Assembly (NCBI GenBank): GCA_963827235.1
Contig: CAWHAE010000009.1
Location: forward strand, 928,001 to 992,000
DNA: 64,000 nt
Direction of reading: 5' to 3'
Source: an uncultured bacterium
GTDB lineage: Bacteria > Chloroflexota > UBA5177 > JANWHV01
The position numbers and the translations under genes are program-made. The notes under the pieces were generated by a model that was not told the origin of the DNA, did no database searches, and saw only the letters and a program-made list of their open reading frames with translations. Of this stretch, positions 43,802 through 55,500 are shown piece after piece (position 1 is the stretch's first letter; every line of letters begins with the position of its first letter).

Positions 43802-44704
43802 ATGGATGTTCCACGCATAGGCTTCATCGGGGTCGGCGTGATGGGCCGCCCGATGTGTCTCAACCTGCTCAAGGCCGGCTATCCGCTGACCGTGTACGCC
43901 CGGCGGCCGGAGAGCGCGAACGCGGTCTTGGAGGCAGGCGCGGCTCGGGCGGCGGGTCCGCGCGCCGTGGCCGAGCAGTCCGACGTGGTGATCACGATGG
44001 TGACCAACTCCCCGGATGTGGAGGAGGTGGTCCTGGGCGCCGGCGGTGTGCTGGAAGGCGCGCGCTCCGGAATGGTTCTGGTGGACATGAGCACGATCTC
44101 GCCGGCGGCGGCCCGGCACGTGGCGCATGCCGCCGCGGAACGCGGCGTCGAGATGCTGGACGCTCCGGTGAGCGGCGGCTCACAGGGTGCCGAGGCCGGG
44201 ACGCTGACGATCATGGCGGGCGGCGATGCCGCGGTGTTCGAGCGCGTACGCCCGATCTTCGAGGCGATGGGGAAGAACGAGAACATCTTCCACGTGGGGC
44301 CGATCGGATCGGGCCAGGTGGTGAAGCTGATCAACCAGCACCTGTGCGGCGTGATCGCGGCGGCCGACGCGGAGGCCCTGATCCTCGGCGTGGCTGCCGG
44401 GGCCGAGGTGTCCACGATGGCCAAGATCATCGGCGCCAGCAGCGGAGGGAACTGGCAGCTTGCCAATCCCGTCGCCTTACGTGTGTTCACGGGCAGCTTC
44501 GAGCCGGGGTTCTTCACCGATCTGCTGGTCAAGGATCTGCGTCTGGTGCAGGATCTGGCCGGCGAGCGCGGCGTGGCCACGCCGTTGCTGGAGCAGGTGT
44601 TGCCGCTCTACGAACGGGCGCAGGCGGCGGGCTACGGGCGCCGCGATTACACGTCGGTGTTCGCACCCCTGGAGCAGGACGCAGGCGTGGAGGTGCGCGC
44701 CTGA
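43802..44704 (+). CDS. 3-hydroxyisobutyrate dehydrogenase-family NAD(P) oxidoreductase
   Basis: GFIGVGVMG, DMSTISP, DAPVSGG..GA..GTL, KLINQ. Confidence 0.92.
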   Translation: MDVPRIGFIGVGVMGRPMCLNLLKAGYPLTVYARRPESANAVLEAGAARAAGPRAVAEQSDVVITMVTNSPDVEEVVLGAGGVLEGARSGMVLVDMSTISPAAARHVAHAAAERGVEMLDAPVSGGSQGAEAGTLTIMAGGDAAVFERVRPIFEAMGKNENIFHVGPIGSGQVVKLINQHLCGVIAAADAEALILGVAAGAEVSTMAKIIGASSGGNWQLANPVALRVFTGSFEPGFFTDLLVKDLRLVQDLAGERGVATPLLEQVLPLYERAQAAGYGRRDYTSVFAPLEQDAGVEVRA

Positions 44705-44827
44705 CTTCCCGGAGGACGCTCGAGGGGACGAGGTAGGTACTTCAGGCCATAGGCGCCGGCTCTCGTTCGCGGTACAATGTAGCAGTAATGCAATTGTGCA
44801 AGTGTGACGTGTATGTATGAGCGGGTG

Positions 44828-45241
44828 ATGACCGGCGAGGACGATGTCCGCGATGGTGCCGTCTTCCACCCAGAAGAAGTGGCAACCGCGCGCGCCGCAC
44901 TGGCTCCGGACTCTGCATACGACGACCTTGCCGAGCTGTTCGGTGCCCTGGCCGACGCGACCCGAGCGCGCCTGGTGCACGCCCTTCTCAGTACGGAGCT
45001 GTGCACCGGCGACCTGGCAACCGTGCTGCGCATCAGCGAGTCGGGGGCCTCGCAGCACCTGCGCATTCTGCGGGCATTGAGGCTGGTCAAGGTCAGGCGG
45101 TCGGGACGGTTCGTGTACTACAGCCTGGACGACGAGCATATCGCGTTGCTCGTGAAGATCGGCATGCTCCATCTCGGGCACGCAGGCAGCGCCGACCCGC
45201 CGGATGAGCCGGCGCCGCCCATCGCGCTGGGACCGGACTGA
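44828..45241 (+). CDS. ArsR/SmtB metal-sensing repressor
   Basis: FGALADATRARL, ELCTGDLA, SQHLRILR, YYSLDDEHI..MLH (alpha5-type site). Confidence 0.9.
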   Translation: MTGEDDVRDGAVFHPEEVATARAALAPDSAYDDLAELFGALADATRARLVHALLSTELCTGDLATVLRISESGASQHLRILRALRLVKVRRSGRFVYYSLDDEHIALLVKIGMLHLGHAGSADPPDEPAPPIALGPD

Positions 45242-46254
45242 TGCGGGTAGCGATGAGCGAACCCACGGTGGAGATGGACCACGGGCACAGGAGCCACACC
45301 GCCGGCCACGATCATGCCCATCATCATGCCGAAGCCGGATTCCGCGCCGCATTCGTGCTCACGGTGGTCGTGCTGATCGTCGAGGTGGTGTGCGGCATGC
45401 TCGCGCATTCACTGGCCCTGCTCTCCGACGCGGGCCACGTGCTCACGGACGTGGTGGCGCTTGCCCTGGCCTGGTTCGCCACGGCACAGGCCGGGCGTCC
45501 GGCCGACGCGAACAAGACGTACGGCTATCAGCGCACGGGCATTCTGGCGGCGCTGGCGAATGCCGTGACGCTGATCGCCATCGTGGCGGGCATCGCCTAC
45601 GAGGCGATCCAGCGATTCGAGCACCCGGAACACGTGGTGGCCGGCGTCATGCTGCCGGCGGCGGTGGTGGGCATCAGCGTGAATCTCTACATCGCTTCGC
45701 GGCTGCACGGCGAGAGCGGAGATAACGTCAATGTGCGCGCCGCCCTCCTGCACGTGCTTGGCGATGCCGGTGCCTCGGCCGGCGTGATTGTCGCGGCGCT
45801 GATCATCGCGTTTACCGGCTGGAGCGCCGTGGACCCGGTGGTGTCGTTGTTGATCGCGCTGCTCATCGCCCGCAGCGCCTGGTACGTGCTGCGCGAGACG
45901 CTGCAGATCCTGATGGAAGCCGCGCCGCCCGGCCTGGACACCGGGCAGCTGGCCCGAGACATGGGGAGCGTGGCGGGCGCGGCCGAGGTGCACGATCTTC
46001 ACGTGTGGACGATTGCCGGCGGCATGCACGCGCTGTCGGCACATATGCTGGTGAGCGACGATTGCCGGCTGTCCAACTGCGACGACGTCCTGGGGCGTGT
46101 GAACGCGATGCTGGCCGAGCGCTATCGCATCACGCACGCCACCATACAGTTCGAGTTTGGCTGCTGCGGCCGGCACGAGGGCGGGCGTGTGTTCTGCACG
46201 CAGGCGGCACCCGGCCGTGCGGAGTGCGCCTGCACCCACCAACGGGAGGCGTGA
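45241..46254 (+). CDS. Cation diffusion facilitator (CzcD/ZitB-like)
   Basis: His-rich N-terminus, SLALLSDAGHVLTD, LHVLGD, HDLHVW; Cys-rich tail. Confidence 0.93.
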   Translation: MRVAMSEPTVEMDHGHRSHTAGHDHAHHHAEAGFRAAFVLTVVVLIVEVVCGMLAHSLALLSDAGHVLTDVVALALAWFATAQAGRPADANKTYGYQRTGILAALANAVTLIAIVAGIAYEAIQRFEHPEHVVAGVMLPAAVVGISVNLYIASRLHGESGDNVNVRAALLHVLGDAGASAGVIVAALIIAFTGWSAVDPVVSLLIALLIARSAWYVLRETLQILMEAAPPGLDTGQLARDMGSVAGAAEVHDLHVWTIAGGMHALSAHMLVSDDCRLSNCDDVLGRVNAMLAERYRITHATIQFEFGCCGRHEGGRVFCTQAAPGRAECACTHQREA

Positions 46255-46295
46255 CAGAGCCTCCACGGAGCCTCCATCTGCGGAAGGATGGCAGG

Positions 46296-47267
46296 TCAGA
46301 GTCCGGGAAAGGCCGCGGAGAGGGTGTCGCGGATGCGGCTCTCGATGGCCTGAATGGTATCCGGGTTGTTGCCGTGGTACTTACGAGCGGCGACGAACGC
46401 GCGCAGCTCATATTCGAGCGCGTACACACGCAGACGCGGCTGGAGGCTCGGCGTGGAGAGCAGGCCGGGATAGCCTTTCTGGAGGGCCGGGAGGACTCCG
46501 GTCAGATCGAGCGGACGGACGGTGTGCTCGGCGGCGGAGCTGGCGAAGATAGCCGGGTAGTGCAGGAAGCGGACGAGCTGGTCGAGATCCCAGTCCGGCG
46601 CTGCGGCCCAGGAGCGCTCGAAGTCCAGCAGTCCGGTGATCTTGCCGCGCTCGACGTGGATGTTGCCGAAATGCAGATCGCCGTGCGTGAGCGCGGGCAC
46701 GCCGGCGGCGAGGAAGGCGCTGTCCCGGGCAAGGGCTCGCTCCGCTTCGTCGATCAAGGCAGGCGAGGCGTTGGCGGCCGTGCGAGCGCCCTCCAGCGCA
46801 TGGCCGGCGCGCCTGGCGTGCAGAGCGGCCCACGTGTCCCCGGCCCGCGGGCTAATGGGGTCGCCGAAGCCGCTCAGGCGAATGCTGTGCAGGCGCTTCA
46901 TGATCGCTGCCAGCTGAGCAAGATAGCCGTCCCGTTCGTCCTCGGTTGCCAGCTTCCAGCGTGAAAGCAGGTTCTCGCCGGGCACAAAGGTCTGGATCAT
47001 GTACTCGTGCGGGATGATGCGGCTGCTGCCCTCGTAGACCACGATGCGGGGCACGGGGATCTGGTCGCGCACCATGTCCAGAACGCGCATCTCCCGGGCA
47101 AGCTTGCCGCGCTCGTCGGGCCGCAGGTTGACGCGCAACACATAGAGGTCGTCCACCAGGTAGCTGGCGTTGATCTGGCCGCCGGGCAGCGCTACTACGC
47201 TCTGCCGGCCAAGGCCGTGCTGGCTCAGGATGCGCGCGATTGCGTGCATGGGAAGTGTGATGGGCAT
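46296..47267 (-). CDS. Aminoglycoside phosphotransferase / choline kinase-like protein
   Basis: HGDLHFGN Brenner motif, GLLDFE. Confidence 0.85.
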   Translation of the reverse strand: MPITLPMHAIARILSQHGLGRQSVVALPGGQINASYLVDDLYVLRVNLRPDERGKLAREMRVLDMVRDQIPVPRIVVYEGSSRIIPHEYMIQTFVPGENLLSRWKLATEDERDGYLAQLAAIMKRLHSIRLSGFGDPISPRAGDTWAALHARRAGHALEGARTAANASPALIDEAERALARDSAFLAAGVPALTHGDLHFGNIHVERGKITGLLDFERSWAAAPDWDLDQLVRFLHYPAIFASSAAEHTVRPLDLTGVLPALQKGYPGLLSTPSLQPRLRVYALEYELRAFVAARKYHGNNPDTIQAIESRIRDTLSAAFPGL

Positions 47268-47325
47268 CAAAGGGCCTTTCGCGGTGCGCCTCTTGGGTAT
47301 AGCGCACCGCTGCCGCGCTGGCAAG

Positions 47326-48195
47326 CTACAGGTGCGCGATCGTAGGCGCGACGGAGTACATGCGGTAGCTGACGGGGATGCCGATCACGGTCACGGAGAG
47401 TGCCCAGGCGAGCATCATCCAGACGCAGCTCAGCCACCAGCCGACAAACAGCATGTAGAACAGGCGCGCCGAGCCTATGGCATCCGGCGGCCCGGCAGAG
47501 GAGACGGGGACAATCGAGCGCGGCGGATCGGACTCGGTGCGCAGGGTGAGGACGTTTGGGATCGTGGTGATCATGCGATTGGCCACGGTCGGGAATACAA
47601 AGAGGCAGAGCAGCACCCATGTTGCAAGCACCCACAAGCAGCTCAGCCAGCAACCGGCCACCACAAACCAGACGGCTCGCGCAGGAAAGGCGACGTTGCG
47701 CCGGGGCAGCGCGTAGCGAGCCGGAGGTCGCGGCGCTGTAGAGAGAACGACACCGCCGCGGGGCCCGACATCCTCTCCCGGCGCACGCTCGCGCCCGGCT
47801 CGCCTGGCCATGTGCTCGGCGAAGCGCTCGGAGCGCCTTGCCATGCGTTCCGCCCATCGCGAGGAGCGGCGCGCCCACCGGTCGCCGTACTCCGCGGAGC
47901 GCCTGGTCATACGGTCGGAGAGGTGGCCGGCGTGCTGCGTGATCACCTCGGACATGAGGCTGGCGATTTCCGGGGCGACGCGGGCGATGCGATCCGGAGT
48001 GGCGGCATGCCAGTCCTTTGCCTCGCGCTCGGACGGCGGGATAGCGGCGCCGGCGACGAGATTGGCATCCGGATCGCTCAGCGATCCGGGCACGGGGAGC
48101 GTGGCGCCGCAGGCTGCGCAACTGGGGACGGATGAGAGATTGTCCCGGCCACAGCGCGAGCACACGACGACCGCATCTTCGGACTGCATAGGCAT
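47326..48195 (-). CDS. Zinc-ribbon plus YccF-like membrane protein
   Basis: CSRCG..CAACG; two repeats like RAVWFVVAGCWLS / RLFYMLFVGWWLS..TVIGIP. Confidence 0.72.
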   Translation of the reverse strand: MPMQSEDAVVVCSRCGRDNLSSVPSCAACGATLPVPGSLSDPDANLVAGAAIPPSEREAKDWHAATPDRIARVAPEIASLMSEVITQHAGHLSDRMTRRSAEYGDRWARRSSRWAERMARRSERFAEHMARRAGRERAPGEDVGPRGGVVLSTAPRPPARYALPRRNVAFPARAVWFVVAGCWLSCLWVLATWVLLCLFVFPTVANRMITTIPNVLTLRTESDPPRSIVPVSSAGPPDAIGSARLFYMLFVGWWLSCVWMMLAWALSVTVIGIPVSYRMYSVAPTIAHL

Positions 48196-48603
48196 TCCCC
48201 TGGCGCCAGAGCACGGCCCGGGCGCGCGCATTCCTTCTACAGTTCAGCCTAGCGAGTCCAGGCCATCCACACAACCGCCGGCGATGCCCGGCGCGTACAG
48301 GATTCTCGATGTCGCCGGCGAGTCGTGGTGATGAGTGATGACGCGCAAGTTCCTGGGGCCGCTCATGCCCGCGCCGTCCTGTCAGCCGCTACGAGGCGAG
48401 CGAGCCGCCTGCGGTTCCGGTACGCCGCGAATCCTAACGCTACGGGTCTCTTTGCTGACAGCATCGTACGCGCTGGGGGTGACTGCTCGTAAGGGGGCGT
48501 AGCAGGCCACAGCCCGACGGCACCACGCCTTGCGGATTCGCCCTGATGCCCGGCCGCCGGGCGTTGCCGACGGCCGGGCCAGTTCTCGCGACCCGTGCCC
48601 AGG

Positions 48604-51600
48604 TCAGGTGGTCGGTACCGCGGTAGGCACCGCAGTAGGGACGTCCGTGGGCACGGCAGTGGGGACGTCCGTGGGCACCGCAGTGGGGACGTCCGTGGGC
48701 ACCGCAGTGGGGACGTCTGTGGGCACCGCAGTGGGGATGTCCGTTGGCACCGTGGTGGCAGTTGGAGCGGTGGTTGGGGTATCGGGCGGCGTGGTGGCAG
48801 TCGGCGCGGTCGTAGCGGTGGGAGCGGTCGTGGCAGTCGGCGCGGTCGTAGCGGTGGGAGCGGTCGTGGCAGTCGGCGCGGTCGTAGCGGTGGGAGCGGT
48901 CGTGGCAGTCGGCGCGGTCGTAGCGGTGGGAGCGGTCGTGGCAGTCGGCGCGGTCGTAGCGGTGGGAACCTTGGTAGCAGTGGGCGCGGTGGTAGCGCTC
49001 GGAGCAGTGGTGGCGGTCGGCTTTGGCGTGCTGGTCGCCGGCCGGCTCACCAGCGTGCTCAGCGGAGGCAGCGTGGCCGTGGGCGTGGCCGTGGGCATAC
49101 CCGGCACGTGGGTGGGCGACGGCGTGCTGGTGGGGTAGATGTAGTTGAAGGTCGTGGAGGGCACGGCCGTCGGCTTGGGCGGGATCGGCGTCGCCGTGGC
49201 CACTTTCCTCGTGATGATGGTGCCGGTGCCGGCGCCCGGCATGTGGAGACGCGCCACTTTGAGCGTGAAAGTACGGCGGGCCGATTGCCCGTTGGGTGCC
49301 GTGACCAGCAGCGTGATGTGGTGCGTGCCAATCGAGAGGCTACCAAGCGTGAGCACGGCGCCATGGCCGAGCGGTCCGTCGCGATCGGAGGTCCACGCCA
49401 GCTCCGAACCGCTCAGGGCGCCCGCGTGCGGATCGATCGCCTGGCCGGCAAGCGTCACCTGGACCACCGGCGGCACCGTGCTGCCGTTGTCTGGTGTGAA
49501 CAGAGTCACGGCGGGAGGTCGCAGGGTAGAGCGAAATGGGCCCGCGATCCTGGCAACCGTGTCGAATCCGCTCGAGGCTGCCACCCGGAGCAGGGAGCTG
49601 CCGCCGCAGAGCGTGGAAGGATCGACGGCGAGCGACGACGCTGCGACGGCCACCGCCAGGGACCGGTACGCCTTGCCGCCGTTGCAGCTCATTGCCACGT
49701 CATGCGGCATAGAGCCGGTTGTCCGACCCTGGTCTTTCCAGGCGATGGTCAGGGGTCTGACGACCGATCCCAGGGTACCCGTCGCTCCGGGTGCGAGACT
49801 GAGCGACGGAGATTGCGACCGGGTCACGACCGCGAGCACGGTATTGCGACCCTTGCTGGTCTTGACCAGCAGCAGCTCTTTCGTGCCCGCCTTGAGCGGC
49901 AGCTCGACGCTGAAGGAGAGCCAGCCCGGACTGGACCGGCTCGATATCTCGCGGAGAGGGACGGTCTCCACGGCCAGCAAAGAGCCGTTGGCGGAGGCCA
50001 GCACGGCCACCAGACCCGACGCGGTCGGCGGGTTCGCCGCGATGGACCGGGGGGACACGAAGAGGGGGAACAGGGTCAGCGGTCCGGCGTTGTCGATGGT
50101 GGGCACCGTCTTGGCGGTCACCGAGGCCGGGGGAGCGAAAACGCCGGAGGCCTCGAGGTAGCCGGCAGCCGGCGCAGCGCCGGCGGGCGCGCTGCGCGAT
50201 ATGGCCGACGTGGTGTGTGCGGTCACCGAGCCATAGGCAATGTGCGCCGCGCCGGCAAGGGAAGCGATCTGGGCCGCGGTCAACATGCCCTGCGACTGCT
50301 TGCAGAAATCGCCGGCGGCCTGAGCGGTTGGGCTGGCAAGCCCGGACAGGGTGAAGAAGACGCGACAGTAGTTTATCGTGGAAATCCAGACGCCCAGGTC
50401 GGAGCAGTCTCCGCTGCTATCTCCGGCGTACATGATGTCGTGGTAGTGCATCAGGCTCGATTGCTTGCAGCGGGCGGTGGGTTCCAGGCCCGCGTAGGGA
50501 GCGTGCGCCAGGGGATCCTTGACGACCGCCTGATCCAGGGCATCGCGCGCCGTGTTCCAGGTCGTCTCGTCGCCGCGCGTGGGTGCGGTGTCGAAGGCCA
50601 GGGGACGGGTGTCGGTGGCGCCGGCGCTCTTGAGCGACGAGTCGGGCGCACCAACGCAGGTGAGGGCGAGGCCGCCTTCGCAGAACGGCCACGCCTCGCC
50701 GTGCTCCCCCGTCGCATTGCCGGCATTCTGCAGGCCGAGGTCGTGGAGAATCTCGTATGAGGTGGTCTTGACGTCCTGCGGCGTGCCGGCAAAGGCGTGC
50801 CCGCCGATGGGCGCGGCACCTTCGGTCGTGCCGGCGAAGCGGCTGGGGATCTGGACCTCGTAGAGCACATACGGCGATGCCGGCGGCGAGAAGGCCAGGC
50901 TGGAGTCGAGCGCCGCGTCGCGCAGCCAATAGGCCTGGGCCGTAGCCAGGAGGCTCTCGTACACGGCCCTGGCTTGGCAGCCTCCCACGCACGTCGTGAC
51001 GGCGGGATTATCGGGAGGATTGACGGTGATGGAGTCGCCGGCCACCGGCATGATGCTATTCAGCCAGCCGTTGGTGAACGCGGGATCGCCGGCTCCGAGG
51101 TAGCTGCCGGACGACGATGAGGCACTCTTCGTGCCAATCTTTCCCGTGAAGAAATAGGGCCGGATCTGGAGCGACGAGGTGGGGAAGAAGGTGAGTCCGG
51201 TTACGGTGAAATCGTCGTTCGTCAGGGCGCCGGCAGGCTCGGGGATGGCGCCCAGGGCGTTGACCACACCGCGCAGGCTGATCGTGCCTGCACGAGTCCA
51301 GGCGGGCGGCAGGACGAAGTTCCAGCTCTTGGAGGGGTTGAGTCGCTGCTGGATGAGCGTGTCTTTGGCACTGAGGTCCACTCGCGCATCCACGGTTCCC
51401 AGCGGCCCGCTGACGGCAGTGAGTGGCGATCCCGGCAGGGCGGCGCCGTGCACGTCGTTGCCATAGAGCAGCGCCTCGACTGCTTTCACGGTAGCGGCGC
51501 CGGCGGGAACGGTACCGTAGAGACGGGCCACGGTCGCCTTGCCGGCGACCAACGGCTCTCCAGTGTAGGCGGCGGTCTTGTTGCTCGCGAACGGCTTCGA

Positions 51601-52188
51601 AGCGGCGAGGGCCACGCTGAAGGCCTGCGTAACTTCCATGCCCCTGGCGGCCACGTCGACCGGTTGAGCGGCGACGTTGACGGTGACAGGTATGATGTCC
51701 CGGGCAAGCACGCCAGAGGGCCCGACCAGGTCGAGCTCCACGTCGTTGACGCCGCCGTCCTGCAACTGCGCCGTCGTCTCCAGGGTCAAAGTCGGCAAAG
51801 TGCCGTTGATCGTGCCGATCCCGTAGGGATGAGCGCCGGCAGAGCTGTGCTTGCTGCCATCCGGCCAGGTGTCTAGCTCATTCACGTGGTAGCCGGTACC
51901 GAAGCTGGGTGTGTGGATACGGGCCACGAGATAGGTGGCGGCGCTGGTGAGCACAACTCCGTCCCCGGGACGAAGTATGGTGATGGACGGTGTGAAGGCT
52001 CCGCCGGTGGAGGCCGGAGTGGAAGCGCCTGCTTGCGCCGGACCCGCTCCGCTCGGGCCGAGGGCGATCCAGGAGGTGGCGGCGTGCAGGGAACCGCGCA
52101 GGGGATTCAGCACGGAGATGACGATTGTCGCGGCCAGCAACGATCGGAGGGCCACTCCACCGGTGAGGCGCCTGGAATAGCGGACCAT
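48604..52188 (-). CDS. Large secreted/surface protein: degenerate zinc-peptidase-like region, Ig/PKD-like domain, Thr/Pro/Ala repeat tail
   Basis: GAGGAG RBS, signal-like N-terminus, PLVAGKATVARLY, YEILHDLGLQN, WTSDRDGPLG..LSIGTHHITL. Confidence 0.8.
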   Translation of the reverse strand: MVRYSRRLTGGVALRSLLAATIVISVLNPLRGSLHAATSWIALGPSGAGPAQAGASTPASTGGAFTPSITILRPGDGVVLTSAATYLVARIHTPSFGTGYHVNELDTWPDGSKHSSAGAHPYGIGTINGTLPTLTLETTAQLQDGGVNDVELDLVGPSGVLARDIIPVTVNVAAQPVDVAARGMEVTQAFSVALAASKPFASNKTAAYTGEPLVAGKATVARLYGTVPAGAATVKAVEALLYGNDVHGAALPGSPLTAVSGPLGTVDARVDLSAKDTLIQQRLNPSKSWNFVLPPAWTRAGTISLRGVVNALGAIPEPAGALTNDDFTVTGLTFFPTSSLQIRPYFFTGKIGTKSASSSSGSYLGAGDPAFTNGWLNSIMPVAGDSITVNPPDNPAVTTCVGGCQARAVYESLLATAQAYWLRDAALDSSLAFSPPASPYVLYEVQIPSRFAGTTEGAAPIGGHAFAGTPQDVKTTSYEILHDLGLQNAGNATGEHGEAWPFCEGGLALTCVGAPDSSLKSAGATDTRPLAFDTAPTRGDETTWNTARDALDQAVVKDPLAHAPYAGLEPTARCKQSSLMHYHDIMYAGDSSGDCSDLGVWISTINYCRVFFTLSGLASPTAQAAGDFCKQSQGMLTAAQIASLAGAAHIAYGSVTAHTTSAISRSAPAGAAPAAGYLEASGVFAPPASVTAKTVPTIDNAGPLTLFPLFVSPRSIAANPPTASGLVAVLASANGSLLAVETVPLREISSRSSPGWLSFSVELPLKAGTKELLLVKTSKGRNTVLAVVTRSQSPSLSLAPGATGTLGSVVRPLTIAWKDQGRTTGSMPHDVAMSCNGGKAYRSLAVAVAASSLAVDPSTLCGGSSLLRVAASSGFDTVARIAGPFRSTLRPPAVTLFTPDNGSTVPPVVQVTLAGQAIDPHAGALSGSELAWTSDRDGPLGHGAVLTLGSLSIGTHHITLLVTAPNGQSARRTFTLKVARLHMPGAGTGTIITRKVATATPIPPKPTAVPSTTFNYIYPTSTPSPTHVPGMPTATPTATLPPLSTLVSRPATSTPKPTATTAPSATTAPTATKVPTATTAPTATTAPTATTAPTATTAPTATTAPTATTAPTATTAPTATTAPTATTAPTATTPPDTPTTAPTATTVPTDIPTAVPTDVPTAVPTDVPTAVPTDVPTAVPTDVPTAVPTAVPTT
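48610..49020. repeat. Coding tandem repeats (24-bp PTDVPTAV units; 18/36-bp TATTAP units)
   Basis: GTCCGTGGGCACCGCAGTGGGGAC and GTGGCAGTCGGCGCGGTCGTAGCGGTGGGAGCGGTC arrays, in frame, without spacers. Confidence 0.92.
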
Positions 52189-52553
52189 CTCGCGTGCTCC
52201 TCTGTTGAGTACGGCGGCCGCCATGTACAGCCGCCCGGCGGAAAGCGAACCCTACTGTGGCATGCCCTATTGTACGATCTGTGGGGCAGGAAGTGGATAG
52301 GTCGATATGGGTGGGACAAATGTTTCCACCTGCACTGGGGGCACTGTACCTCCGACTGAGGTGGAGTGCTAGGAACGGGGCCGGCTGCGGCCGGTTGCGA
52401 TCAGCCGTTTGACTGCCGGATTGTGCTAGGCCAGCGAAGCGGGTATTCCGGCAGCGCCATCCGGGACTGTGTTCGCGCTCGGCTCGGTTATGTCGGACGG
52501 TCGGCGGGCGACCACAGTCGCGGCGGGTGAGACGTGCCGGCGTTCCCAGGCTC

Positions 52554-55500
52554 TCAGCGCACGGTGAAATAGGAGCCGCTGCTGCGGCCGAATACCTCCG
52601 GGAAGTAGTCCTGCTGCGCATGTGCAGGCAAGGTGTGGTAGATGCCCTGCGTGGTGCAGTGGATCAGGTAGGTGTACTGGTAGCTGCCGGCCGGCAGATA
52701 GGAGAGAAACAGCACGGTGCGGTCGTCGCGCAGGTCGGTGTGCGTGACGTACCAGGAGAGATCGGTCGTGCCGGCCGGTATCTTCGACGTGTTCTGAATC
52801 TGCGCGAGCTGGCTGGTGGTCTGCAGACTGCTATCCACCGCTTCGGCGCCGGCCGGCAGCGGATCCTCGAGCGTCAGGTAGAAGAGATCCTGGGACGTGG
52901 TCAGGCGAATTTGCACGCGGATGGTGCTCCCGTTCGAGGCGCTTCTGCCGTCCGCGGTGAGGTAGGCGCGGCTCATGGAGAGGCCGGCACCGGCAGCCTC
53001 TATCTGGTCGACCGGGCGGAAGTACCGGAGCCGGATGACGTAGCTCAGGTTGCCGTTGTTGGGCCGCACGTCGCGGGAGAAGGCGATGTTCTGCGTGCTG
53101 CCGGCCGGCATCTCCCTGCCGAGTGACCGCGTGAGCGTGCGGTTCTGGGCCAGATTGGCGGCTCCGACCGAGCCGGATCCCCAGAGCGCGCCGTTGAGCC
53201 GGACCGTGTAGTGGTAGTCGGCGTTGAGCTCGCCGCTGGCGAACACGTAGTCCACGAGACCGCGCACACTGACCGCGGTGGCGTAGCTGCTTTGCCAGGC
53301 ATCGGCCGTGCGTGCGGCCATCAGCCATCGCACGGCGCTCGGAATGAGCGGGCTGTCGGGCTGCGTCTTGACGAGCGCATCGAGGACGGTGGCCGAGGTG
53401 GCAATATCGCTATCGAGATCCGCCCAGTCGTAGCTCGGTTCTTCCCAGTGCACGCTGGCGCCGCTGGTCTTGGCCGCGCTGGTGAGATCCGAGAGCAATC
53501 CGAGGACACGTGCATGGGCGGCGGCGTTGTTGAGTGGCGCGAACACCTGGATAAGCTGCGCTTTTGCATAGGTGGCAAGAAGGTCACGCACGTCGTAGAG
53601 CTGCGCGGCGAGATCGGCGACGTCGGCGGGACGGCCGGCGAGGGTCACGGAGTAGACGAGCGAGGCCTGCAGATTGGCATCGTAGGCCGCGTTGTTGGTG
53701 GCGGCCGGACTCTGCATGTTGGCGATCAGATAGCTGACGGCGTTGTCGAGCACCGACTGCGACACCTTGTAACCGAGGTCGCGGGCGCCGGCCAGGGCTT
53801 CCACCACATACACCGTGATGTAGGGGCTGCTATAGGGGTCGTCGATCCACCAGCCGAACCCGCCATCGCCGTGCTGATCGTCATAGAGACTGCTAAGGCG
53901 GCCGGCAACGTCGGCACCGAGGTGTCCGCGTTCGGCCTTCGTGAGCACGGACGCCCGCGCGGGCAGGCGGCCAAGCTCGGTCTCACCCAGGATCTGGGAT
54001 GCGAGGTCCACGCTGGACTCGTAGGGATAGCGAGCGAGGAAGTCGGCTCCTACGCGCAGACCAGAGGCGAGAGTGGGCTCGAGGATCACGGTCAGGCTGC
54101 CCTCGTTCGGCTCGGCATTGGCGGGGATGCGGACCTGCTCCCGCGTATCCGCGCCGGCCTGGCCCGAGGTAGCCACGGTCTCCGGCGTGCTGTTCTCACG
54201 CACCGGAAGGGCGAGCTGCACGGCGTCGTTGGTGGCCGGATGGCTCGTGTCGACGGCCTCGACCAGCACCGTGGCTGTGCCGAGCGCGGTAATGGTGATC
54301 GGCCAGGTGACGTCCAGCTCGCCGCCGGGCTCGAGCTTGACGAGCTTGTCGCCGATCACGGTCGGGGTGAGCTTGGGCGAGCCGTCGGCCAGCAGCAGGC
54401 GGAGGTGCGCCTCGACGTGCCTGTTCGAGGCGTTGTTGACGGTGGCGCCGATGCGCGCCTTATCGCCCAAGTCGAAGAAGCGAGGGGCAATCGGACGCAG
54501 GAGAAGGTCCTTGGTGGCCATCACGCTGGTAGAAGCGGCACCCACGAGCGAGGAGGCCGTGACGCCCTGGCCGAGGATCTTCCAGGTGGTCGTGTTGTCG
54601 GGCAATGGTACGTCGACGGTTGCACTGCCGTCCGCGCCGGTCACCACGGCGGCGTTCCAGTAGGCAGTGTCCTGGAAGTTCTGGCGAATACTCACTGCCG
54701 GGACGAGGGAGAGCACGACGGGAGACTTGGCCGCGAACACGTTTCCCGGCGCAGAAGCGCTCTGGTTGGCGGAGCGAGCGGCGGAGGGAGTGCTGAGCGC
54801 TTCGCCCCCGGCGCCGTCCGTGGCGTAGGCGTGCCGGTTTGCCAGCACCGTGTGCTTACTGAGCAGCAGCACCGGGCTGAGGTTCAGGGTGTCGGAGGTG
54901 GTTACTCCCAGCTCGCGGTCGCCATAGAACGTGTCCAGGAGGCCACTACCCGTGCCGCTGTTTCCGGTAAGAGCCAGGTTGGCTTCGTCGACCAGACTGA
55001 GGCCGATCTGAGACCGTACCGGCTCACCGGCGTGGTCCACGACCCGGATCTTGATCGGAAGCGTCTGCCCGGGAGCGACCCGCGACTTCGCCGGTGTCAC
55101 GGAAATGCGCAGCGCGCGCTCGGCGGAGTCTACGTGGATGCGAGCATAGCCGAGACGCCAGTCGGGTCGCCCGGTGGCGGCAGATCCTCGTTCGATCACC
55201 ACGCTCACGTAGGTGTCCGGGAGATAGGAGGACTCGACCGGAATGTCCAGCACTGTGGCGGTGCCCGCGAGGCGGCGCACGCTGGAGTTCAGAATGCGCC
55301 CGCGCTCAATCGTAATCAGGGCGGTCGCGTTCGAGTAGGGGGTGGTGACCATGATATGGGCGACGTCACCGCTTTGGTAGGTCCGCTTGTCGGTGATCAG
55401 GCGGATATGTCCCTGCTGCTGCGAGCTCCAGTCGATGGGTGTCTCGCCTCCGGCGTAGATCTCGATAGAGCTTTGCGACGTGTTGCCGTACTTGTCGCGG

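Noticed and set aside
46296-47267. Antibiotic resistance gene
   Set aside because: Only the generic APH/choline-kinase fold motifs are visible; substrate cannot be inferred.
48610-49020. CRISPR array
   Set aside because: Head-to-tail in-frame coding repeats with no unique spacers and no cas genes.
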